DNA of 31,518 bases from Candidatus Hodarchaeota archaeon (GTDB lineage: Archaea > Asgardarchaeota > Heimdallarchaeia > Hodarchaeales > Hodarchaeaceae). This document shows, one piece after another, positions 1 through 8,365 of the stretch. Both the position numbers and the translations under genes were made by a program. Numbering within the stretch: position 1 is the stretch's first letter; each line of letters starts with the position of its first letter. The stretch spans positions 1 through 31,518 of the forward strand of contig JAEOTC010000066.1 of NCBI GenBank assembly GCA_016840035.1, in the 5' to 3' direction. The notes beneath the pieces were generated by a model. The model was not told the DNA's origin. It saw only the letters and a program-made list of their open reading frames with translations, and did not search any database.

Positions 1-1955
1 AAAACAGAATCATAGAATTTATCGACATATGCAGTGATATATTGACCTCGTGAATCATATTCCAGATAATCATCTTGATCGATTTGGACAATATTTCCAC
101 TTTGCTCTCCAATACGTACGAACCAAGGGACTTTTCCCAGATCTGAATCTAGACCATACGTTCCGTATCCGTCAGAAACGAGGAGTGCAATGTAGGTAAC
201 ATCATACATTTTGGCAATCTTGAGTGATTGCCGCGGGTTAAGTACTAGCATACATCCCACGTTCCCTATCTTCGTTTTATTTATAGTAGCATTGTCAACG
301 AGTATAGTAGTGTTCGAATTGCCGCTTATCCAATACCCATAATCCCACCAAGATGCTGTAACATCATTTACCGTTGTATGATAATCTAACCAACCGATAG
401 CTTCTTGCCAATCATTACCAATTATTAGTGATTGTCCTTGACTTCCAGGTACAACTGTGAGAATTGAGGGAGCCTGTGTTGAATCAATAGCCGCTTGAGT
501 TGCGTTAAGGACTGAAAATAGTAGGAATAGTCCAATAAATGAAAATGCAATCGCTGTGTGTTCGTTAGACATTGGTTGTGTTAATCGTGTTTTTCTTCGA
601 CTTAAAGCGAATCGTTCTTGGAAAGTAAGTACAAATGGTAATAAGGTCTGGTCAATTGCTTTTGCGGCTAATAGTGCAGCTGCAGGTGCTAAGATTAATG
701 CTAATCGAACCATTGATCCAGCAAAATATATAGCAGTGAAACCAAAAATTAAAAGCAATAAATTTCTCTCTGTTGGTTTTTCATATAAATAATACAATGC
801 TAATGGTAATAAGAATAATAATATGCCATTATTTCTAAAGAAACCTGCCCAAGATACTAGTTGATGTTCGCTTACTGATTTTAAGATTGGTGTTTCATCT
901 CTAAAGAAAGGAAAAATTACTGTGAAGAATTTTGAAGAGAGATTAGTTGCTATTCCAGAGAAGAGAAGGATTACAATTCCGAGAACAATTCCTATTCCAA
1001 TGATTGCATAGTAAGATCGTATTCGTGCTTTGATGTCAGTTAGATCATAGATACTTGAGATATTTCTATAGAGCGTTACTAGAACTAGAAGACCGACAAT
1101 ACCTAGTGGAATTAATCCATCAGTTGATAATATTGATTCAGGTCCATTTCTAGGAATTAAAGTCATAATTAAGGACCCGATTATTACTGATCCTCCATAA
1201 GCAAGTAGTAGTCGATCTGAATCCTTTCTCATCAATATTAATACAAATGCATGAAGAGCTAAGAGATTGAATACATAAGTAGAAGCTCCCCATGAACCAG
1301 ATAGAACTCCTAAGCTAATACCTGCAAATAATGTCATTGTTGCAGATCCTGTTCTTAATGCTCTCGCATAGAAGTACAGAGTTAGTACCAAGAAAAGAAT
1401 CCCAAGAGCTTCATTATCGAAAAAACCAGCAATAGTCCGTTGTAAGTGACCTGCAGAGATTGAAAGAAATAATGCTGCAAGTAATCCAACTTTTTTATTA
1501 CTAATTTCTTTTCCTAAGAAGTAAATTGCCACGCAAGTAAGTGCCCCTAATAGAGGAGGTTGAAGATAAGCTACAAAATCCAATGGAACTTGGAATCCAA
1601 GTATGAGGAAAAATTGGTGCAATATAACTGCTGAGAGTGGTGTACCGATATATTGAGATCTTCCCCAATAACGTCCTTCAGGGTACCATGTTTGAGGGTC
1701 AACCCAGCTGAAAAACGCTCCTAATCCGTTGCTTTCGATATATTCTGCAGCTCGAAGCTGAGAAAAAGGATCGTTCGCCGCCAAGATAATTTCATAGGGT
1801 CTTAACATTGCTAAAATTCGAATTAGAAAAGCTAATACGAATATGAATATCAATGCTGTATAGCTAAATACTATTTCTCGGCTTATCGTCGTAGTTGCTG
1901 CATTATATCGCTCTCGAAGATCATTGGTTACTCGGTTTAGGATGACGGGGGACAC
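1..1955 (-). CDS. aglB: Oligosaccharyltransferase STT3/AglB catalytic subunit (partial; 3' end runs off the left edge)
   Basis: Not in the ORF track; translated by hand on the minus strand. GTG at 1955 with GGTGA 6 nt upstream. Motifs: ANDPFSQLR...WYPEGR, RTIAGFFDNEALG, PILKSVSEHQ, SWWDYGYWI (WWDYG at 336-350, same frame as the start), DNATINKT, DLGKVPWFVRI. Many hydrophobic segments. Confidence 0.95.
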   Translation of the reverse strand, partial: MSPVILNRVTNDLRERYNAATTTISREIVFSYTALIFIFVLAFLIRILAMLRPYEIILAANDPFSQLRAAEYIESNGLGAFFSWVDPQTWYPEGRYWGRSQYIGTPLSAVILHQFFLILGFQVPLDFVAYLQPPLLGALTCVAIYFLGKEISNKKVGLLAALFLSISAGHLQRTIAGFFDNEALGILFLVLTLYFYARALRTGSATMTLFAGISLGVLSGSWGASTYVFNLLALHAFVLILMRKDSDRLLLAYGGSVIIGSLIMTLIPRNGPESILSTDGLIPLGIVGLLVLVTLYRNISSIYDLTDIKARIRSYYAIIGIGIVLGIVILLFSGIATNLSSKFFTVIFPFFRDETPILKSVSEHQLVSWAGFFRNNGILLFLLPLALYYLYEKPTERNLLLLIFGFTAIYFAGSMVRLALILAPAAALLAAKAIDQTLLPFVLTFQERFALSRRKTRLTQPMSNEHTAIAFSFIGLFLLFSVLNATQAAIDSTQAPSILTVVPGSQGQSLIIGNDWQEAIGWLDYHTTVNDVTASWWDYGYWISGNSNTTILVDNATINKTKIGNVGCMLVLNPRQSLKIAKMYDVTYIALLVSDGYGTYGLDSDLGKVPWFVRIGEQSGNIVQIDQDDYLEYDSRGQYITAYVDKFYDSV

Positions 1956-2153
1956 TCGTTTTCACCTTGGATGTTGAAATTCAGTTATCTTGTAAAGATC
2001 AGAAAAAACCTCAGAAAACTGAGGACAGATTGCTTATTTTACATTCGGCCCCCTTTTGCAATATTTTAATAATTTAATGACACAATTTTTTAACACTCAT
2101 TATGGACTGAAAAACTTACTCAGAAACTGTCGAAAGCAAGATAGACATTGTAA

Positions 2154-2504
2154 ATGGTATGGATAATGACAAAACAACCATTAGATATTGACCTAGAATT
2201 GTATGAATTAGTTTTTCCTGGTCAACTCATAGGAAAAGCCGTAATTGACAGTGATGCGCGGATGGTTGGAGTTATTAGAAATGTAAGAATCCAGATTCCA
2301 TCACCATCAATTTCATTAATAATTAAGGGTCTTGATACAGAATTCACGGTAAAAGCAGAGAATGTGCAAATGATTGGAAATGTTGTACAATTAAATGTTA
2401 CAATTAAGCATTCTGAACCTATTGAGGTCAATGATGTAATCAGACTCAGAAATGAGATTCAAGAAGAGATAATTCACTTTTTCCAGGTACTACAGTCAAG
2501 ATAA
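2154..2504 (+). CDS. PRC-barrel domain protein
   Basis: LIGKAVIDSDARMVGVIRNVRI...VKAENVQMIGNVVQL follows the PRC-barrel pattern, with an extra C-terminal helix. The start may be a few codons downstream. Confidence 0.7.
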   Translation: MVWIMTKQPLDIDLELYELVFPGQLIGKAVIDSDARMVGVIRNVRIQIPSPSISLIIKGLDTEFTVKAENVQMIGNVVQLNVTIKHSEPIEVNDVIRLRNEIQEEIIHFFQVLQSR

Positions 2505-2533
2505 TCTATATTTGGGATATATTAATCCTATAA

Positions 2534-2911
2534 TTACGAAATCTTTTCCAAAATTCCCAGTATCCGCTCAATTAACTCCAAAATTTCATTGATTTCTCCT
2601 GGGGTGTCTAATGAAGCTAATTTATTGGTTAACAAGGTAATTTTTCCAGTTAATACTTCCTTCAGCTGATGAGTTGCTTCCCCAAGGGATATTTTTTGTT
2701 CAATCGTCTTGATTTCATCTTTATTCTTAGCATAAACAGCTTTTCTCTCACAATTTGGGCAGAATATCTCATCATTCTTTTTGAAGAGAGGAACTGTACA
2801 GTCAGGACAAGACTCTCCTAGCATTGTTGCGCCAGCTAATAATAATTGACTCATCTTGGACAGATCAGGTTCTTTTTGTTCCTTTTTTTGGACCATTTTG
2901 GTCATTCCCAC
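2534..2911 (-). CDS. SSSCA1/ZNRD2 (UPF0148, autoantigen p27) family zinc-ribbon protein
   Basis: MSQLLLAGATMLGESCPDCTVPLF...IFCPNC is the family signature, followed by a C-terminal helical region. Lies directly downstream of valS. Confidence 0.85.
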   Translation of the reverse strand: MGMTKMVQKKEQKEPDLSKMSQLLLAGATMLGESCPDCTVPLFKKNDEIFCPNCERKAVYAKNKDEIKTIEQKISLGEATHQLKEVLTGKITLLTNKLASLDTPGEINEILELIERILGILEKIS

Positions 2912-2918
2912 ACTATAA

Positions 2919-5540
2919 TCAGAGTTTTATTGAAAAATTATCCTTTGTGATTAATTTCTTTATGCTGCTATCAGGTTCACTCATTTTAACAGTTTTAATG
3001 TTGTGCATGATCTGTAAATCATCAATAAAGATTTTTAAAGTGTCTGGCATAAATACAATATTAACTGATTCTTTTAAGGATAATCCATTATCCTTTTTTG
3101 CCTTCCAGATTAGCGAATCGAGTGTGAGAAGATCCTCTGTTTCTGGAAGTTCTTCAGTACTGGTCGTTCTAGGCTGAGGTAAGGATTCAAGGTGAATACT
3201 GCTCTTGGAATCATATATTGATCGAAATATATACTCTGTTATAAAAGGAGTTATCGGTGCCAATAATTTTAATATTACTTGGAGAGCGGTATGTAGACTG
3301 TAACGAGCGCTATTTATTGAATTTTCTGACATACTCTCTTCTCCATATGCCCGAGACTTAACTAATTCAATATAATGCGCAGCGAATAAATTCCAAACCC
3401 AGTTATACAAATTTTCAGCTGGGATCGAAAAATCAAGTTTTTCATAACCATTCAAACATCTATTAGTTAAAGCATCCAGACTAGCCAGAAGCCATTCATC
3501 AACCGGTTCTAACTTTTTGGGTTTGTTCTCGAATGGAAATATTGAGATGAATCGTGAAATATTCCATAATTTTGTTACGAATTTGGCGTTACCATCCAGT
3601 TTTGAAAGTGAGAATCGAATATCTGAGCCATGACTTCCTTGAAGACATGAAGTAAGTCTTACACTGTCCGCTCCATAATAAAGATTCAGATTGGCTTGCT
3701 TTCCTGAGAATTTTGGGGAAGCATCTAGTTTAGCAACTACTTTCCAGCTCTCCTTGTCTGGACGTAGAGTAGCCGGAGTATTCTTTGGTAACACTTGAGG
3801 TTGTAGGAATAAAAGGGGATCTACACTATTTCCTTCACTTTTTGACATTTTTCCACCATAAGGATCTCTTACTAGTCCTGAAATCCATACTTGTTGAAAT
3901 GCTGGCTTTTTAAAAAGGTGATATGCTCTTAAGATCGTGTAAAATAACCAAGTTCTTACAATCTCTTTTCCTTGGGGACGTATAGAGCAGGGGAAGTTAT
4001 TCTCGAAGAACTGCTTTCCTTCATCTCTAAAGAAAATCTCTCCGAAATTACATGCAGCTAATTCAGATATAGATGAATCAAACCAAGTATCAAATGTGCG
4101 TACCTCACCTCGAGCATCTTTCAGAGACTTTCCACATTCAATACATGATTTTATTGGAGAAAGTTCTTTCCACGCATCATAATAGCGATCTAATTCTTCT
4201 TCTTTTGGAACATTCGGTGTTTGACATTTGTTACAGTACCAGATAGGAATGGAAGTACCATAGAATCTTCTTCGACTTATAGCCCAATCTGTGTTTATAG
4301 CTTTTATCCAATTGTCTAATATGATTTTGTTCGATTCGGGGAAGAAATCCATCTCTTCCACAAGTTCTTTAATTTCAGGAATCACTTCGAGTTGTTTAAG
4401 ATAATATTCTTCCATGGCAATTATTTCAATGGGAGTTTTCGACCTCCAACAAACTGGAACCCTCCTTTTTGTCTCTGTTGACTTTATGAGAGTTTTGGAT
4501 TCCTTTAAATCTCTAACAATCGCAATTTGCGCATCTTTTACAAGCATTCCTTTATATTTTTCCCCAACTTCATTAATACGTCCATCTGCATCAATGGCCG
4601 TTTTTGGGTTAAGAAATCCTTCTTCCCGTAGAATTTTCACGTCAGATTTATCCCCGAATGCGCATATCATCATAATTCCAGTTCCAAATTCAGGATCTGC
4701 TTCTCTATGTTTCCGTATGGGGACTTTCTTCTCAAAAATTGGTGTAATAGCATTTTTCCCTTCAAATTTTGTGTATCTTGAGTCAGTAGGGTGAAATATG
4801 ATTAACTCACATGTGGTTATCAGTTCCGGTCTTGTTGTAGAGATTATAATTGATTCATCAGATTCTTCAATTTCAAATCTTATTTCGTGTAAATGTGACT
4901 CATCATTTCTGTACTCAATCTCCGCATCCGCTATTGTAGTTCCACAGTCAACGCACCAATTATTCGGACGTTCCGCTCTCGTAATTAATCCTTCATTCCA
5001 AGCTCTAATAAACGTTCTTTGGGTGTTATATCGATATTCTGGAGAATCAGTTTGATAATATATTTCTGGGGATCCGTAGAATGTATTACACGAGAGTCCC
5101 ATCCACTTCATCACTTGTATAGTATTTTCTTCAGCAGTATCAAGTTCCTGTTTGCAAATTTGTAGAAATTCTTCTCTATCCATCTCATGCATTGATTTAT
5201 TGAGTTTTTGCTCAACTTTTACTTCCACTGGTAGACCATTCCGATCTGCACAAGCTGGAAAAATTACATTGCTTCCACGCATTCGGTAATATCGCGCAAT
5301 CATATCAATTTGAGCATAATGTATAGCAAATCCCAGATGAGCACGGCCCGAAACATAAGGAGGAGGAGTATCAATAATGTATACGGGTTTTTTGGAATCC
5401 TTTGAAAATTTGTACGTCTCAGATTCAGCCCAATATTGGATTATATCTCTTTCACTACTTGCTTTCCATCTTTTTTTCTTAATTTTTGGTTTTAGTGCCA
5501 TGCTTTTCTCCTCTGATAATTTATTTCGCTCATATTCCAT
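2919..5540 (-). CDS. valS: Valine--tRNA ligase, archaeal type
   Basis: DTPPPYVSGRAHLGF (HIGH-like), STTRPE and GTG editing-domain motifs, DWAISRRRFYG, DTWFDSS, RPQGKEIVRTW, KMSKS. The real start may be the ATG of MALKPK at about 5501. Confidence 0.95.
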   Translation of the reverse strand: MEYERNKLSEEKSMALKPKIKKKRWKASSERDIIQYWAESETYKFSKDSKKPVYIIDTPPPYVSGRAHLGFAIHYAQIDMIARYYRMRGSNVIFPACADRNGLPVEVKVEQKLNKSMHEMDREEFLQICKQELDTAEENTIQVMKWMGLSCNTFYGSPEIYYQTDSPEYRYNTQRTFIRAWNEGLITRAERPNNWCVDCGTTIADAEIEYRNDESHLHEIRFEIEESDESIIISTTRPELITTCELIIFHPTDSRYTKFEGKNAITPIFEKKVPIRKHREADPEFGTGIMMICAFGDKSDVKILREEGFLNPKTAIDADGRINEVGEKYKGMLVKDAQIAIVRDLKESKTLIKSTETKRRVPVCWRSKTPIEIIAMEEYYLKQLEVIPEIKELVEEMDFFPESNKIILDNWIKAINTDWAISRRRFYGTSIPIWYCNKCQTPNVPKEEELDRYYDAWKELSPIKSCIECGKSLKDARGEVRTFDTWFDSSISELAACNFGEIFFRDEGKQFFENNFPCSIRPQGKEIVRTWLFYTILRAYHLFKKPAFQQVWISGLVRDPYGGKMSKSEGNSVDPLLFLQPQVLPKNTPATLRPDKESWKVVAKLDASPKFSGKQANLNLYYGADSVRLTSCLQGSHGSDIRFSLSKLDGNAKFVTKLWNISRFISIFPFENKPKKLEPVDEWLLASLDALTNRCLNGYEKLDFSIPAENLYNWVWNLFAAHYIELVKSRAYGEESMSENSINSARYSLHTALQVILKLLAPITPFITEYIFRSIYDSKSSIHLESLPQPRTTSTEELPETEDLLTLDSLIWKAKKDNGLSLKESVNIVFMPDTLKIFIDDLQIMHNIKTVKMSEPDSSIKKLITKDNFSIKL

Positions 5541-5905
5541 AGATTTATCTTCTTTTGCAAAAAAGAGTAATAATTACCTAAAAAAGTAGAGCAATAAAAA
5601 TCGTACTTACTCGGTACAAGGTTTTTACGGAATAAGTCAAAGAAACTATGTCGTATGATAAGAAACTGTGATTTCCTTTTAGCGGATTGATGTAGAAGGA
5701 ATAACAAAACGATCCCAGCTATTTACCACAATTTTTCACCACATTTAGTCATTTAAGGGAACTCCTTTTAAAGTTTAATTTTTGGCTAAATATTTACGCT
5801 ATCGAGCTTGAACGTCAATACACAAAATATTCCCTCTTGATCTTTGTTCAAAGTGTTATTACTTGTAGTTCAGTATGAATATACGTGTAGATATTTCTTT
5901 CTCGG

Positions 5906-7018
5906 GTGTTTCGTCGAATGGCAGCTGACATACTCGCTGAAGAACAACTTAAGCTGGAATTACTTCGAGTATTATCCAAATACTTTTTAAGACAGCTCGA
6001 AGAGCTTTTGAGAGATCAAACCGGAGCTTTTTTTCCTGTTGATCATTTATCGACACTAGAATTAGGAAAAAGGCTAGGAAAGAGAAAAGAGCTACAATTA
6101 ATGACAGTTTCTGTCTGTGACTCGCTACAAAATCGTGATTTTGATATTGATTTAGCCTTTAAATTCCACGAAAGCTCTGAAGCCGCAGTTGAGGAAGCAA
6201 GCGGCGCTGCATGGCTAGAGGATCTCCTTAAAACTAATAACAGACTAAAAACTGCGCGTTTACTATATTTTTCACGTGAGCACTCATTGTTAATATATGA
6301 AGGTTTATCAAAGCCCACAGAGTTTTTTGAAAATGAATTGGACATGCCACAAAAATTATTTCTTGCGGGGAGTGCCCTTCCTTATATTCATGGGCTTTTT
6401 GAACAAAAAATAGGTCTTGATCGATATCTTCATCTAATCACGGAAACTTTAAATGGATTGAATATATCTTCAAATGACCGTGATGAATTAAATTACCTTT
6501 TTAAGCATCCTTTAAAGCAAATGGGATTAAGTTTAGCAGGAGCTCACTGTTTCGGAGATTTTCATCCAGGAAATTTGATGTTTTATGAATCAAATACACC
6601 TCTTGAAAATACAGGAGATTCTCGTATGGATAAAACCATAATTTATCTAATTGATCCTGCTTATTTAGATAGAAATAGTTTTGTAGATCGTACTGAAGAT
6701 ATTGGAACATTTTTCGCGAAATTTGCCTATAATGACTATTCGTTAACACAGAATTTTGATAAGACTGTTTCAGATGTCGAACTCTTCTGTAAAGGGTATG
6801 ATCATACTTGCTCCTATAATGGGGTATCTTTATCTGATTATTATCCAGAAGGAATTACCATCGATTTTCATATTGCATTAGGAATACTAATTGAAAGTCT
6901 ATTCAAAACTAGATTGGCCAGATATACCCAACCAAATTCTATTAGTCCTTTAGTTCAAACGAGTGTTGATGCGGCAAAATTCATCCTAGAACGACGTCCT
7001 TTTCAAGGTCTTGAATGA
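5906..7018 (+). CDS. APH/choline-kinase-like (protein kinase-like fold) phosphotransferase
   Basis: HCFGDFHPGNLM (Brenner-type catalytic loop), YLIDP (metal-binding Asp), DRTEDIG, and an upstream AFKFH...EE. Substrate unknown. Start probably at the ATG at 5918. Confidence 0.7.
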   Translation: MFRRMAADILAEEQLKLELLRVLSKYFLRQLEELLRDQTGAFFPVDHLSTLELGKRLGKRKELQLMTVSVCDSLQNRDFDIDLAFKFHESSEAAVEEASGAAWLEDLLKTNNRLKTARLLYFSREHSLLIYEGLSKPTEFFENELDMPQKLFLAGSALPYIHGLFEQKIGLDRYLHLITETLNGLNISSNDRDELNYLFKHPLKQMGLSLAGAHCFGDFHPGNLMFYESNTPLENTGDSRMDKTIIYLIDPAYLDRNSFVDRTEDIGTFFAKFAYNDYSLTQNFDKTVSDVELFCKGYDHTCSYNGVSLSDYYPEGITIDFHIALGILIESLFKTRLARYTQPNSISPLVQTSVDAAKFILERRPFQGLE

Positions 7019-7070
7019 ATTAGGATATAAAATTAGAACGGATCATCCGTATCAACAATCTTTCTCGTTA

Positions 7071-7967
7071 TTAGAAGAAATTCTCAATCAAAAGAAATCC
7101 AAGGATAGCTAGAATACCACTGAGAAATGCCGAGCTTATGTTAACAAGATCATTGGTCACTAAACGATTTCCCTTTAGAAAACGTGTAGTATTTCCACAT
7201 TTATGGATCTGTCTTTCCGTTACTTTCTGACAGCGATCACAATAATATAAACCTTGTATTGTAGCTCCTTCTAGTGAGTCAATTAATCCACCTACTGTAC
7301 CCATCAGTGTTAATAGTACAAATTGTATGAACATCTGTATTAAACCAAATTTTGAAGAACATACCAAAAAAATGAAGTATACGAAAGATATTATTGATGC
7401 ACCAACCAATCCTGCAATTGTGCCCATAATTGTCACACCTCCGCTAGTTCCTTTCGGAACCTGTTTTTTAAGATTAGTTATTAGTCTAGGTATGGCAGAT
7501 GTGTTAATTCCAATTTCTGTCATCCATGTATCTGAATTATGAGTAGCAATGCTTGTGAATGCAGCAAATATTAACGGAGAATTCGATAGTAAGGAAATAT
7601 TATTATTTTCCTGAACCACTGGGAAGTAATCAATTAATAAATACATAATTCCGAATACTATTGCTGGAAGGCTATTTGATAAAACTTGAATTGCATCTCG
7701 AGTTGAATCCTTAGAGAATTCAGCAATAACAATTTGCTTTTGCGGTGAAGTTTGTTTTGAAATTAATGAGGAGGTTAGAAAAAAGACCAATAACGCACAC
7801 CATAGAAATGGCGAAATTACAAACAGCATAATAGCAATTGTAGCTCCAGCTATAACTCCTCTGGGAACAGTAAGTAATCTTAATCTTATTATTATGAATA
7901 ACATGGGGAAGTTGAAAATAATTCCCCAAAATAGTGCTAATAATAGATAATCTGTAATGATATTCAT
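7071..7967 (-). CDS. DUF92 / TMEM19 / VTE6 family membrane protein
   Basis: RDAIQVLSNS, DTWMTEIG, PRLIT...VPKGTSGGVT, DSLEGATIQ...CDRC...HKCG...NDLVN. Multiple transmembrane segments. Confidence 0.9.
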   Translation of the reverse strand: MNIITDYLLLALFWGIIFNFPMLFIIIRLRLLTVPRGVIAGATIAIMLFVISPFLWCALLVFFLTSSLISKQTSPQKQIVIAEFSKDSTRDAIQVLSNSLPAIVFGIMYLLIDYFPVVQENNNISLLSNSPLIFAAFTSIATHNSDTWMTEIGINTSAIPRLITNLKKQVPKGTSGGVTIMGTIAGLVGASIISFVYFIFLVCSSKFGLIQMFIQFVLLTLMGTVGGLIDSLEGATIQGLYYCDRCQKVTERQIHKCGNTTRFLKGNRLVTNDLVNISSAFLSGILAILGFLLIENFF

Positions 7968-8365
7968 CTAGAGTTTCCATCCATTTTCTCGGGCGCATAA
8001 CAGATTGTTATTAGTCAATAGTTTTTTTAATCCCTGATTTTTCTATAGAATTTAGTGTATTGTGATTGTTGTACAAAAATAGCTAAATCTGGTTCACACT
8101 GCTCAACTTCTTTCTTTGGAAAAAAATTCACAGCTAATATAAATTCTTAGTAAAGTTGTTTCATCTGCCTTCGTTGATAAGCCCTGTGAATGATAGTCGA
8201 AATTATCATTAATAATCAGCATTAAGTAGCTTTTCCTAGAAGATTTAACTAATGAGGTTTGAGCTATGTGTTTTATTGAATATGACGTTGATTTATACGA
8301 TTCTCTACGCTTATTTAGTTTTTTCTTAGATTAAACTCAAACGAAGACTAGAAGAGGTCTATCTC

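Noticed and set aside
556-792. 78-aa plus-strand ORF
   Set aside because: Antisense shadow of the STT3 gene on the minus strand.
2222-5707. Short ORFs 2222-2431, 2824-3177, 4414-4794, 4798-5055, 5377-5589 and 5492-5707
   Set aside because: They overlap well-supported genes (mostly antisense) and have no recognisable motifs.
5541-5729. Stop-codon readthrough or an alternative genetic code extending valS from the GTG at 5729 (same frame)
   Set aside because: At least two in-frame stops (TAA at 5679-5681, TAG at 5646-5648) intervene, and all three stop codons end genes normally in this window.
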